Below, one piece after another: positions 1 to 10,661 of a DNA stretch of 64,000 nucleotides. The number at the start of each line of letters is the position of its first letter. Positions within the stretch are counted from its first letter, which is position 1. The DNA lies in NCBI GenBank assembly GCA_900128395.1, contig LT649240.1, positions 1 through 64,000 on the forward strand, in the 5' to 3' direction. The notes under the pieces were generated by a model that was given only the letters and a program-made list of their open reading frames with translations, was not told the origin of the DNA and made no database searches. Source of the DNA: Stramenopiles sp. TOSAG23-2 (taxonomy: Eukaryota). The position numbers were made by a program, and so were the translations under genes.

Positions 1-1368
1 AGTTTAAGTATAGTATTTTGTATTATTCCATTGTTATTGTGTTCTATCATATTTTACACATCAACCAAATCACGAACTATTAATTAAGTATCAAACCTGA
101 TTAACTTTAGAAGAAGTTTAAGTATAGTATTTTGTATTATTCCATTGTTATTGTGTTCTATCATATTTTTTACAACATCAGCCAAATCGTCGCGTTACTG
201 GTAGGGTTTATTTGTCCGATTTTCAGAATATATTTTAAGGAAATGTCTAATATTTTTCCTTCAAATAATCTGTCATTTCAGGATATATGATTTCCAGGTT
301 TCCAGATTCCAGATAAAAGATTTAGCTTCTAAAATCAGGTTGGTTTGTATTTTAATTTCCTCTTCAAGTATATATTACTCTCATTTGGTAGGTATGCCAC
401 AATACGCGATGATTATTTTTCTTTTTTCTTTCAGAGGCAAGATTTTGTATTTATCACCACAAGGCACACAGCAAGTGCTATAATAGCATGTACTTAGCAG
501 GCACTACCTCAGGAACAAATTGATAGATAATTTTTTTGTATTCACACTGTGTACTTGAGAAATTAACTACACAAACTCCTTTTTCCATTTTAAAATTCAC
601 AAATTCACATACTGGATATAAATTTTACGCAGGAGCAAAGGTCCTGCGTAAATTACAGGGATACAATGAGGAAAAGGATTTGTGCTATTTGTATTATCGG
701 ATATCTACCAAACTCCGTTTCTAAAATTTGTATCTTCTTCCTGTCTGTAACATTTTGGACACACTCTCTTCCTATGCATTATGTGGTGTTGCACAATATC
801 ATATAACAGGTCTTTGATCATATCTAATCAACAATAATAGGAGTGTAACACAAAACTGACAGAACACAAAAAAGAGGTGACAGACTAAAACTATTTACAT
901 GATAAACTATACAAAAACAAAGATATAGTATCAATATTTATGATAATAACATCACACTTCAATGTATTGGAAATTATGCGTAGAAATTTAAAGGCATTAG
1001 TGTTAGCACATTCCTTGAATGCGAGCGAAACGAGATCATTCAACAGGTTGGTGATAGGAAATTAATTATGATATTTGATTTTAGAAACAATTTGCTTCAA
1101 AATGCATTGACAATTTTCGAGACATTTCCTTTAAATATATTCTGAAAATCGGACAAATAAAACCCTACCAGTAACGCGACGATTTGGCTGATGTGTAAAA
1201 AACTTAAACTTCTTATAGAGGTTATTCCGGTTGGATACTTAATTAATAGTTCTAATTAATAGATCGTGACGATTTGGCTGATGTGTAAAATATGATAGAA
1301 CACGATAACAATAAATATTGCAAAATACTATACTTAAACTTCTTCTAAAATTATTCAGGTTTGATACT
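1..1368. mobile_element. Non-autonomous inverted-repeat (foldback/MITE-like) element; left arm probably extends beyond the window start
   Basis: 1-248 is the reverse complement of 1120-1368 (e.g. acatcagccaaatcgtcgcgttactggtagggtttatttgtccgattttcagaatat vs atattctgaaaatcggacaaataaaaccctaccagtaacgcgacgatttggctgatgt). Both arms contain an internally repeated module. No intact transposase ORF inside. Confidence 0.7.
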
Positions 1369-1569
1369 GTTCCACAATAATTGTAGTATCACGACAAAGT
1401 CTCTCTTGGTAATATAATTATTTTATACACAGAAAGGAAAAGTATGGATCATGATATGCTACGAAGATGAAAACTAATGATAATAAATAATAATGATGAT
1501 GACGATATGGATGCTTTTGCATCAACACCGAAGACGATGATGTAACCAATTAATAAGGAATGCTGCAAC

Positions 1570-1578
1570 AAAAAAAAA
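1570..1578 (-). terminator. Pol III-type oligo-T terminator (T9)
   Basis: T9 run on the minus strand about 10 nt after the tRNA discriminator base. Confidence 0.6.
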
Positions 1579-1587
1579 TTTGTATGT

Positions 1588-1805
1588 TGCCAACTGTGAG
1601 GTTCGAACTCACGCATTCGAAAATACCACACTATTTATATGTTATGTTAGACAATGTTTTTCCTTAATTCTTTCCTTGTAATCACTTACTCTTAAGTGTG
1701 GCGCCTTAGACCACTCGGCCAACTTTATTTTTTTGTTAATGGTATTTCTATGTTAATAATTATTTTTTGTTTGTTTGTTTTGTTACATGTTTCACTTACG
1801 TGGGC
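1588..1805 (-). tRNA. tRNA-Leu(UAA) in three exons (1805-1800, 1722-1690, 1630-1588) split by two GT-AG introns (1799-1723, 77 nt; 1689-1631, 59 nt)
   Basis: Spliced sequence GCCCACT TG GCCGAGTGGTCTAAGGC G CCACA CTTAAGA TGTGG TATTTTCGAATGC GTGAG TTCGAAC CTCAC AGTTGGC A is 82 nt. It has an A box, B box, long variable arm, anticodon TAA at 1694-1692, acceptor stem with 6 of 7 pairs, and discriminator A. Confidence 0.9.
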
Positions 1806-2139
1806 AGAACATGCTGTCATATGAATTGCTTCATATAGTAAAAATTGCAAATTTTTGATATATATAACAATGTATTATTTTACATATAAGTACTATGTAG
1901 TACATACAAATAGCATTGCACTTTTTCATTTTACATAGAAATAGCATTGTAAAGAATAATGGATGAAAAAAAACGACTGTTTTATTATTATTATTGCACA
2001 ATTCATCACATATATATGTTGTGGTTTTAAGATAGCAGATATATGTTGTGGTTTTAAGATAGCAGAAAAAAAAAAAAACATATCACATCCACATCCACAT
2101 CCACTACAACATCCACATCCACTACAACATATCACAAAC

Positions 2140-5100
2140 ATGCCCCTTCGTCGCCGTCATCGCCACCTCTCTCAAAGGAAAAAAAGACACTCCTCCTCCT
2201 CCTCCTCCACCTCCACCTCCTCCTCAAAAAATAAAAATAATTACATTCTATTTTTCTCTGACGTCACCAAAAACGATGCTCATAAAGTAGGTGGAAAAGG
2301 TGCAAATTTAGGTGAATGTTTACGTGCTGGCTTAAACGTACCTCCAGGATTTTGTATCACAGCAAATGCATTCAAAAAACAAATGGAATATTCCAATATT
2401 AAATCAACCAATTGCTGCCAAAACAACAACAACAACAACAACAATAACATCGTCGCAAATAACATTTTAACACTTCAATTCTTACCATCCCTATTAAAAG
2501 AAATTAAATTAGCATATAAAAAACTTGGTTCCCAAATGGTAGCAGTAAGATCATCTGCCACCGCAGAGGACTCTGCAACTGCATCGTTCGCTGGGCAACT
2601 GGAAACATATTTAGGCATAAATGGGGAAGAATCGTTATTGTTAGCTGTCAAAGAGTGTTGGGCTTCATTATTTTCTGAACGCGTAGCTAGCTATAGCCAT
2701 TCCACCACTAATATTACCAATCTATTAGATAAAATATCATGTTGTGTAGTAGTACAAGTAATGATCGATGCTGATGCAGCTGGTGTTGCATTTACAGCAA
2801 ATCCTATGACACGAAATAGAAATGAAATTGTAATAACATCAAATTTTGGACTTGGTGAATCTGTTGTAAGTGATATAGTGACGCCAGATACTTTCATTCT
2901 TGATCATGATGGCAATTTAATAACAAAAACTATTTCTGAAAAAAATAAAATGGTAGTGTTGATTAATAATAATAAAAATGGTAGGGATGATGATATCAAT
3001 AATAATAATAACAAGAAGAAGAAGAAGAAACAGCAACAAAAATCATCAATTCAAAATCCGGGATCGACGGATAGTGGTGATATGTGCGGTAGGTAAAATA
3101 TAAATATGCTTTTCACATATATATATGACAAACATTCACTAACATGTAATCGTTATTTTTATTATCGTATCACACATTGTCGTCGTCTATAATCAATATT
3201 GTCTGGTTGTCTTAATAATGTCGTCGTCGTCGAATCGGTATTGTCGCAAACGTCTTCGACTCCACCTATATACCTTTGATCGTATTGTCACTCCACAAAC
3301 TTGGTGCACTATATTAGCTCCACAAACACAGTGCAGGACTATCCCACAAACACAGTGCAGGACTATCCCACAAACACAGTGCAGGACTATCATAAAAAAT
3401 GTGCCAAAATCAAAACAAAAGAAATCTTCAATCAACAATAACAATCTCCAATCAATTGTAACATTATGCAAAACAGTCGAAGCACATTATAATTCACCAC
3501 AAGATATTGAATGGGCATGTATAAACAATGAAATATATTTATTACAAAGTAGACCTATCACAACGTTGGGGGTAGAAAAAGATCATCCGCATCAGCAAAT
3601 TTGTAGGTAAAATATAATATCCTGCACCGTGTTGGCGTATTCTATACTCCTGCACACACATATATATATATGACAAACATTCACTAACATGTAATCGTTA
3701 TTTTTATCATATCTCATATTGTCGTCGTCGTCTAATCGGTATTGTCGTCGTCTATAATCGGTATTGTCGTCGTCGTCTATAATCGGTATTGTCGTCGTCG
3801 TCTATAATCGGTATTGTCTGGTTGTCTATAATCGGTATTGTCGTCGTCTATAATCGGTATTGCCGCAAACGTCTTCGACTCCACCTATATACCTTTGATC
3901 GTATTGTCACTCCACAAACCTGGTGCACTATATTAGCTCCACAAACACAGTGCAGGACTATCCCACAAACACAGTGCAGGACTATCAGCAGGACTGTCAC
4001 GGTGAATGAATTTGATTTTAAAATTAGATCAACTGATTGGATAACAACATGTAATGCGCAAGAAATGTTTCCTGGTCCTGGAACACCATTAACTATTTCT
4101 ACTTTTGGCAATGGTATTGAAATTGCAATGCAACGCTTGCATGTTGAATTTGGTGTCCTTGATAAAGTTTCCAAACATAAAGATCCACGCGCACCATGGT
4201 TCTATGGACATTTCTTCATAAATATGACAAATATTTTAGAAGTTACAATGCGTTTGCCACTGGGAAATCATGCAAAATCAAATGCAGAAATGAGCTTGCT
4301 AGGGCGTAAAAACCCAAAGGAAACGTTAGAGCAACTTGAATCGGTACATGGTGAATCGTTTTTGATTAAAAAATTAATAAATGGTTTATTTTATGCGAAG
4401 GCGATTGCATTTGCACCTTGGCGGATACCGACAATGGAGAAGCGAAAAATACAAGTAAAAGACTTATTGCGTGAATTGCCAAATGAAACTCCAATATCAC
4501 TCTATAATCGCATTGATCATTTATTGCCAGAGTATAATAATCAATGGTCAGATGGCATTTTAACGAGTTCACCAAGTGCTGGATGGATGCTTTTAATTAT
4601 GAAATTAATTGCAAAATCAAGTAGTGATATGTGGTGTAGGTAAAATATAAATATGCTTTTCACACACACACACACACACATATATATATGTAACAAACAT
4701 TCACTAACATGTAAGCATTATTTTTTATCGTATCACACCCGCTGAAATCGACCTACCTTTGGTTGTATTGTCGTATCACACATTGTCGTCTAATTGGTAA
4801 TGTCGTTGTATAATCGGTATTGTCGTCGTCTAATAATCGTATTGTCGCATACGTCTAATAATCGTATTGTCGTCGTCTAATAATCGTATCGTCGTCGTCT
4901 AATAATCGTATTGTCGCATACGTCTTCGTCTCCACAAACCTGGTGCACTATTTACCTCCACTTATGCTGGGATGTAGCTGTCGAACGCCTATCAGAGCTT
5001 TCAACTGTTTTATCTGATTCTGCTGGTAATAATGTTGAAAGTGCAGATGTGGTTAAGACATTAAATTTATTGAAGGAATGTATTGCAAATAGTGAATATG

Positions 5101-6083
5101 GTGAAGTATTTTCTTCATGGCCGGTGGACAAAGCAATTGATTTTTTGGAAAATGTCGATAATGATGCAAAAGAGGAAAAATTACACATTGTATATCGTAA
5201 TTTTATAAATCGCCATGGTCATAGATGCGTTAAAGAAGCAGAACTACGTAATAAAGATTGGTCAGAAGATCCAACTACATTGATAAAACTTTTACAAGAA
5301 AATGTTAATTCGTATAATACTATTGGTAGTCGTACCATTGAAACTTCCATTTCGTTAGATGAAATGTTAAAAACAAAATGGTCACATGTATCATGTTTGA
5401 CTAGACCTATTCTTCGTTATGCCGTCCATCAAACAAGAGCTGGGGTTGCTAGAAGAGAATATGGAAAATCAATGCAGGTACACGTGCATAGTTCATTTAA
5501 ACATGCATATAGACGATTAGGAAGATTATGTTACAAATTAAATATAATCCCAGAAATAGATTTAATATATTTTTTCACCCATACTGAATTGAAAGATTTG
5601 TTAAATTATGAGGACATGTCACAAATGAACAATCTTCATATGATTAAACGTGCTGTACAGCGTAGGGAAATATTAGCTATTCAAGAGACATATTCTTTTG
5701 ATGATTTAGGATGTGGTATTCCAGCACCAAGTACAGCTAGTGATTATGAACAAGGTGTAACTGGAGATGAATATACCGGAACACCAGTGTCTGTTGGCAC
5801 CGTTATTGGTATTGCAAGAGTTGTACGCACTTTAAATGATGCTGGAAATTTAAAATGTGGTGAAATATTGGTATGTCCATTTACTGATGTTGGTTGGACA
5901 CCATATTTTTCATTAGCATCTGGTCTAATAACAGAAATTGGTGGATTATTATCACATGGTGCAGTAGTTGCACGCGAGTATGGCTTACCATGCGTCGTCA
6001 ATGTGAAAGGTGCTACTCATATGATTCAAACTGGTGATAGAATTTGTTTAAATGGAGAGAATGGGAGTGTAAGAATTTTATAG
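2140..6083 (+). CDS. PEP-utiliser of the rifamycin phosphotransferase (Rph)/PigC-like architecture: ATP-grasp PPDK_N, central domain, C-terminal His-swivel. Exons 2140-3088, 3318-3602, 3937-4635, 4978-6083
   Basis: Motifs VGGKGANLG, VAVRSSATAEDSATASFAGQ, GLGESVVS, PQDIEW...LLQSRPITT and TEIGGLLSHGAVVAREYGLP. Four ORF pieces join in frame through three phase-1 GTAGGT...TAG introns. Confidence 0.85.
3089..3317 (+). other. Spliceosomal intron A (member of a repeated intron family)
   Basis: GTAGGT donor, CACTAAC at 3137-3143, first downstream AG at 3316-3317; removal restores the reading frame. Confidence 0.7.
3603..3936 (+). other. Spliceosomal intron B (member of a repeated intron family)
   Basis: GTAGGT donor, CACTAAC at 3682-3688, no AG until 3935-3936; removal restores the reading frame. 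Confidence 0.7.
4636..4977 (+). other. Spliceosomal intron C (member of a repeated intron family)
   Basis: GTAGGT donor, CACTAAC, TAG acceptor at 4977; joining gives W-S-VERLSEL in frame. Confidence 0.7.
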
Positions 6084-6165
6084 AAAAAAAATACTATATA
6101 TATATATAAAACGGTGTTTCCTACGAGCGTACGTATCAGCAGGTATGCATATGCACATAGAAGAT

Positions 6166-7248
6166 TTAAAACGCAGCAACCATTTTTTTCATATCATATC
6201 CTAACTTCTCCAAATTAGGCTTACATGCAAATTTAATCATTGGTGGTGGTCCACATAATAATATTAACGTCTCATTGCTTGGCTTTGGCATATGGGTATC
6301 AATCATCTTGTCATCAATAAAACCGGTTGAATATTCCCAATCTTTTGGTGGACGATCCAATGTATACCATATTTTAAATCGATCTTTATATTCCATTGCC
6401 CAATCTTCCAACATATCACGAATCAATATATCATCTGCTGTTTGATTTGCAAATAATAATGAAATTTCAGTTTGATCATTTTCTTTATCTAATAATATAG
6501 CTTTAATGATTTGTAACATTGGAGTTACACCAGTACCACCAGCTATCATACCAAGCTTAGTTTTATTATTACCATATTTTTTCCACGAGCTACGTCCATA
6601 ATATTCAATATGTCCATATGGTCCTGCAATTTGTAACTCATCACCAACTTGTAAACTATTCATATATTGACTAACTTTGCCACCGTTTGGAAAACGTTTG
6701 TTTACATCTTTGAAATATACTTTTAAAATTAAATCAAAATAATTCACGTCGCAATCCAATGAACATGGCGTATATTTTCTTACAATTTCTTCTCTCCATT
6801 CCCCTGTTTCCTTATTGAAATCACCTTCACCGGAACCATAATCTTTTGGCCTTGCTGGACCACGTTGACTTTCAGGCACTGGATTCCACTCCTCATGTCC
6901 TGCAGCTATATTTGGTACATATACTTTAATGCATTTTCCTAATGGTAAACCAAGCACAGGTGCTGATTTTGGTAAAGCAAAACGAAAACGTCTTACATCA
7001 TGAGTAATATCTTCCTTTTCAATTAATTCAACCTGTTTTCTAGTGGAATTTAAAAATTTATTTCCACTTACTTTGTAAGGTAACTTATTTTTTTTACTAC
7101 TACTACTATTATTATTATTATTATTATTATCACGCATTAGAAAAAAATAACATGTTGCAACAATTGCAGTAGCAACAGTAATTAGTATACGAGTATCTAG
7201 ACCATCGCCATTATTAATACCAGTGGATTGAAGGATATTATATGACAT
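6166..7248 (-). CDS. NADH-cytochrome b5 reductase with N-terminal membrane anchor
   Basis: HDVRRFRFALP, LGLPLG, RKYTP, FPNGGKVSQY, GMIAGGTGVTPMLQ, CGPPPM. Start placed at MSYNIL. Confidence 0.93.
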   Translation of the reverse strand: MSYNILQSTGINNGDGLDTRILITVATAIVATCYFFLMRDNNNNNNNSSSSKKNKLPYKVSGNKFLNSTRKQVELIEKEDITHDVRRFRFALPKSAPVLGLPLGKCIKVYVPNIAAGHEEWNPVPESQRGPARPKDYGSGEGDFNKETGEWREEIVRKYTPCSLDCDVNYFDLILKVYFKDVNKRFPNGGKVSQYMNSLQVGDELQIAGPYGHIEYYGRSSWKKYGNNKTKLGMIAGGTGVTPMLQIIKAILLDKENDQTEISLLFANQTADDILIRDMLEDWAMEYKDRFKIWYTLDRPPKDWEYSTGFIDDKMIDTHMPKPSNETLILLCGPPPMIKFACKPNLEKLGYDMKKMVAAF

Positions 7249-7759
7249 TTTATTGATTGTAAATTGAATGCTGATGTATGTATATAGTCTATATATTCTT
7301 GGGGTATATGATTTATATGATGTTGTATCCAATATCTATCTATATATATGTTTTGTGGTTGTGATGGTTGTAACGACAAAAGTATAAAAAGAACGTATAT
7401 TATTATATATGTACAATATTCCCTTTTGCACTTTTCTTCTTTCTGTTCTATTTTTCCTATTTTTAATGATATCTCTATCTATAATTTAAATTGGCCGAAC
7501 AACTCTATATATCATTGCGGTTTGGATACGGTCAATTAATGCAATAAAATAAAAACCCCCTTTCATCTGCGCATCTCCCTCCACACTGATTTAGATTTTA
7601 TTGGTTGTTTTCTGGTGTGGGAAATTGTGCTAGGGGATATTATTACGATATCGATAGGCTTGGTAGCATACGTAAGGTTGATAGAGACAATCGATCGAGT
7701 TATGTATTTGCGTGCCATTTGTCAAAGCCGAATAAAGAAACTTTCCAACAGGATAGTTC

Positions 7760-8430
7760 AGTTTCACAGACTTTATCGATGCACTAGTAAAAGAGTTTAC
7801 CGTTGTGATAAAACACATGTATACGAAATGATTTGTGTAGGTGACACCTACAAGAAAGGCAGAAAAATTGGAACACTGGATGCCAGTAACGGTTTATACA
7901 AAATAGACAATAAATTTTTTAAATACAGATTCCAATTAGACAACAATAAAAATTTCAAGACAAGTGTAAATTATCGAATGTCATACAAGCATCGTAACCC
8001 AGCACGTGTAGCGCATTTGCGCTTAGGATGCATAAATGCAAGATATTTGAAAGAAACAATAAGAAGGAAAAGTATATTAGGTTTAGACAATATCACCAAT
8101 GAACATATAAATGCATTCGACGAATGCCCATGCATTGGATGTATTGCAGCAGCACGGGCAAAATTCAGCACAAGTAGAACTAGAGGTAAGCAGCAACTTA
8201 GCTCATACAGACGAGATGGCAAGGAATACCATCCAGGTGAATATGCCATTGATTTTGCTGGACCAATACCACAAGGTCGTTTAATGCATAGACATATATT
8301 CTTCATAATGCATCTACGTACGGGTAAAACATGGACGTACGGATCCCCGACAACAAGTACAAAGGATGTAATACCAATAATGAGACTATTTCTAAATGAA
8401 CGTCATCTAGAAGAATCATGGCAGTAATCA
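7760..8430 (+). mobile_element. Ty1/Copia retrotransposon remnant (GAG-pre-integrase plus start of integrase)
   Basis: NGLYKI...HLRLGCIN...CIGC...AIDFAGP motif order. Truncated before the complete DDE core; no RT or LTR seen. Confidence 0.7.
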
Positions 8431-9224
8431 TTCAGGACGAGGACAAAGAGATTTATACATATGCCGTATAAGGGATATGACAATCGTGCATTTAGTGACC
8501 CAATATTTTTACAAGTTCATTTTCCTTTATGTGCCTATACTATGCAGTTGTATATCTCTGCACCACCTATTTTCATGTTTTTATCAGGGTTATAGCAATG
8601 GACGTAAAGCTAAACAGCCTCCTTGATTTCACTAGGTCCATCAATACTATTTTCATGTTATTTGTTACGCACTTCTTTTCTAAAATCAATCATCATCAAC
8701 AATGATGTTTAGGCTGTGCCAATCTAATAATAAATCATCTCTCATTTTTTACTCAAACAGTACATGATATATTGCGTTAGTTCATTAAAAAATAATAATA
8801 TCATACATATGATAAAGTGTGAATAAATGTATCCAATCCAACTATAGATTTGAAAGAATAACAATTAATTCATAACGTTGCAAATATCATTTGGTAAGAG
8901 CAAAAAAAGAGAGAGAGACGGATGAAAGGGATACAAGGACTTGTTAGACGTTGGAGTTTGAACAAGAATAATAGACAAGACGGTATATCATTTACAGACG
9001 AAGAGAAAAAAGGTGCTTTTTTTGTTGTAGCATTATACAAGGACTTGTTAGACGTTGGAGTTTGAACAAGAATAATAGACAAGACGGTATATCATTTACA
9101 GACGAAGAGAAAAAAGGTGCTTTTTTTGTTGTAGCATTGCTTTTTGTTGCTGCTGGTGGATATTATTATTATACAAAGAAAGGCACAAACAAAACATCAT
9201 AAAATAAACACACATATATATATA

Positions 9225-9800
9225 ATGGGAAACACACAAAGTGAAGAAAATAGTGACAATAGTCACGATAAGGATAAAAACAATAACAATGGGGATGAAG
9301 AAGAATATGAAAAAATGTGTAATGAATACGACAGAAAAACCAGTTCTAGGCAAATATATGCAAAAGAAGCTATGAAATTACATGAAGAAGGTAAACTGGT
9401 TATCATTGATACGAGAGAAGTATACGAACATGAATATGCTGCAATTCCTAATGCAAAAATCTTAAGTCCGACAACGCTTGGGATGACGTTAGTTAGTACC
9501 GTTGGCACTGGAATGCGATATCAACAAAATATTCCATTGGAAGAGCTTAAAAAGATACCAGAAGATGTAACTATTGTTTGTAGTTGCACTGCTGGACTTA
9601 GAAGCGGATATTGTGCCGTGGATTTAAGTAAAAGATTACAACGCCCGGTATTAAATTTACATGGTGGAATTATCAGTTGGTTCAATGCTGGTGGTAAAGT
9701 CGTCAATCCAAAAACCAATGAACAGGTAGATACTGTACATACGTATGGTGAAAACTGGGCAAAATATGTTAAGGGTGGCAAAGGCATTTTCAAATTGTGA
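9225..9800 (+). CDS. Rhodanese-domain protein, probably N-myristoylated
   Basis: IIDTREVYEH...AIPNA, active-site loop CTAGLRS, NLHGGIISW; N-terminus MGNTQS. Confidence 0.85.
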   Translation: MGNTQSEENSDNSHDKDKNNNNGDEEEYEKMCNEYDRKTSSRQIYAKEAMKLHEEGKLVIIDTREVYEHEYAAIPNAKILSPTTLGMTLVSTVGTGMRYQQNIPLEELKKIPEDVTIVCSCTAGLRSGYCAVDLSKRLQRPVLNLHGGIISWFNAGGKVVNPKTNEQVDTVHTYGENWAKYVKGGKGIFKL

Positions 9801-10334
9801 TTAGATATATCATATTTCAAGAAGATATAGAATACTGTACATACGTATGGTGAAAACTGGGCAAAATATGTTAAGGGTGGCAAAGGCATTTTCAAATTGT
9901 GATTAGATATATCATATTTCAAGAAGATATAGATATGATATATATATATGATACTTGAAAAAAAGATACGCGTATTTTTTTTAAATTTTAAATATATACC
10001 TGTAAGGGGTATTAAAACAAAAAGGAGAGAAGAGCGGTGGTGCCAATTTTAGAGGGGAAATTGTTTTTATTATTCGTATGGTCTGTATGTGTATACGTGT
10101 GTGTGTGTGTGTATTCTTTTAAAAAATATAAAAAAAATACTTTTTATTTTATAGTGTATGATAGATAGAGACTAGATATTTATTAATATGATATAGATAT
10201 TTATATTCTCTTACTCATATATATGTGTTTTTCTCTTACTCATATATATATATATATATTTATAATATATTATATTATAAAAATATAAAAAAGAGTATTC
10301 GTACGAAACTTCGTATTAGCTTGCGGCGGCGCAA

Positions 10335-10527
10335 GAGAGCTTTATTAAATAGTAGGAGTAAATCCTTCTTAGATTGCGAGGATTAACAAGATATTATTCC
10401 TGAGATTGAGAGTATTGAGCGTACGAGTTCGTATGATAGTATTTACCACCGGGAACTAAAATTATTATATCAAAATAAACTTTATAGATTTTAACCATCT
10501 CATATTATAAAATAAAAAAATGTATTA
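10335..10527 (+). repeat. Dispersed repeat family, copy 1
   Basis: Shares blocks agagcttta, atattattc-tgagattgag, gtattgagc, aaaattat and tagattttaaccatc, in that order, with 45950-46157 (-) and 62154-62320 (+). Confidence 0.75.
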
Positions 10528-10661
10528 ATTTAAAAAATGTACGCACACACATATATATTTTGTTTTAAAAAAAACTCTTTTTTTTACGCCCTCTCGGTAC
10601 GTACAAAACAAAACACACAGTGGGCACCACATCAGCCAGCATGAGGTTTTTATATAGAGAA

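Noticed and set aside
1631-1690. Reading the anticodon-loop insert as an ordinary 37/38 TSEN intron
   Set aside because: Formally possible, but it gives an unusual G38, leaves the GTAAGT/CTAAC/TAG signals as coincidence, and does not explain the missing 5' acceptor strand, which a second GT-AG intron restores.
1963-2139. N-terminal ORF extensions and the many antisense or short ORFs in the track (e.g. 13584-14051, 48996-49559, 53741-54258)
   Set aside because: They are shadows of real genes, microsatellites or non-ATG starts, with no recognisable protein features.
3720-3865. Short regularly spaced repeats resembling a CRISPR array (also 4790-4920 and 3318-3391)
   Set aside because: They are head-to-tail minisatellites with no unique spacers and no cas genes, inside or beside introns of a eukaryotic gene.
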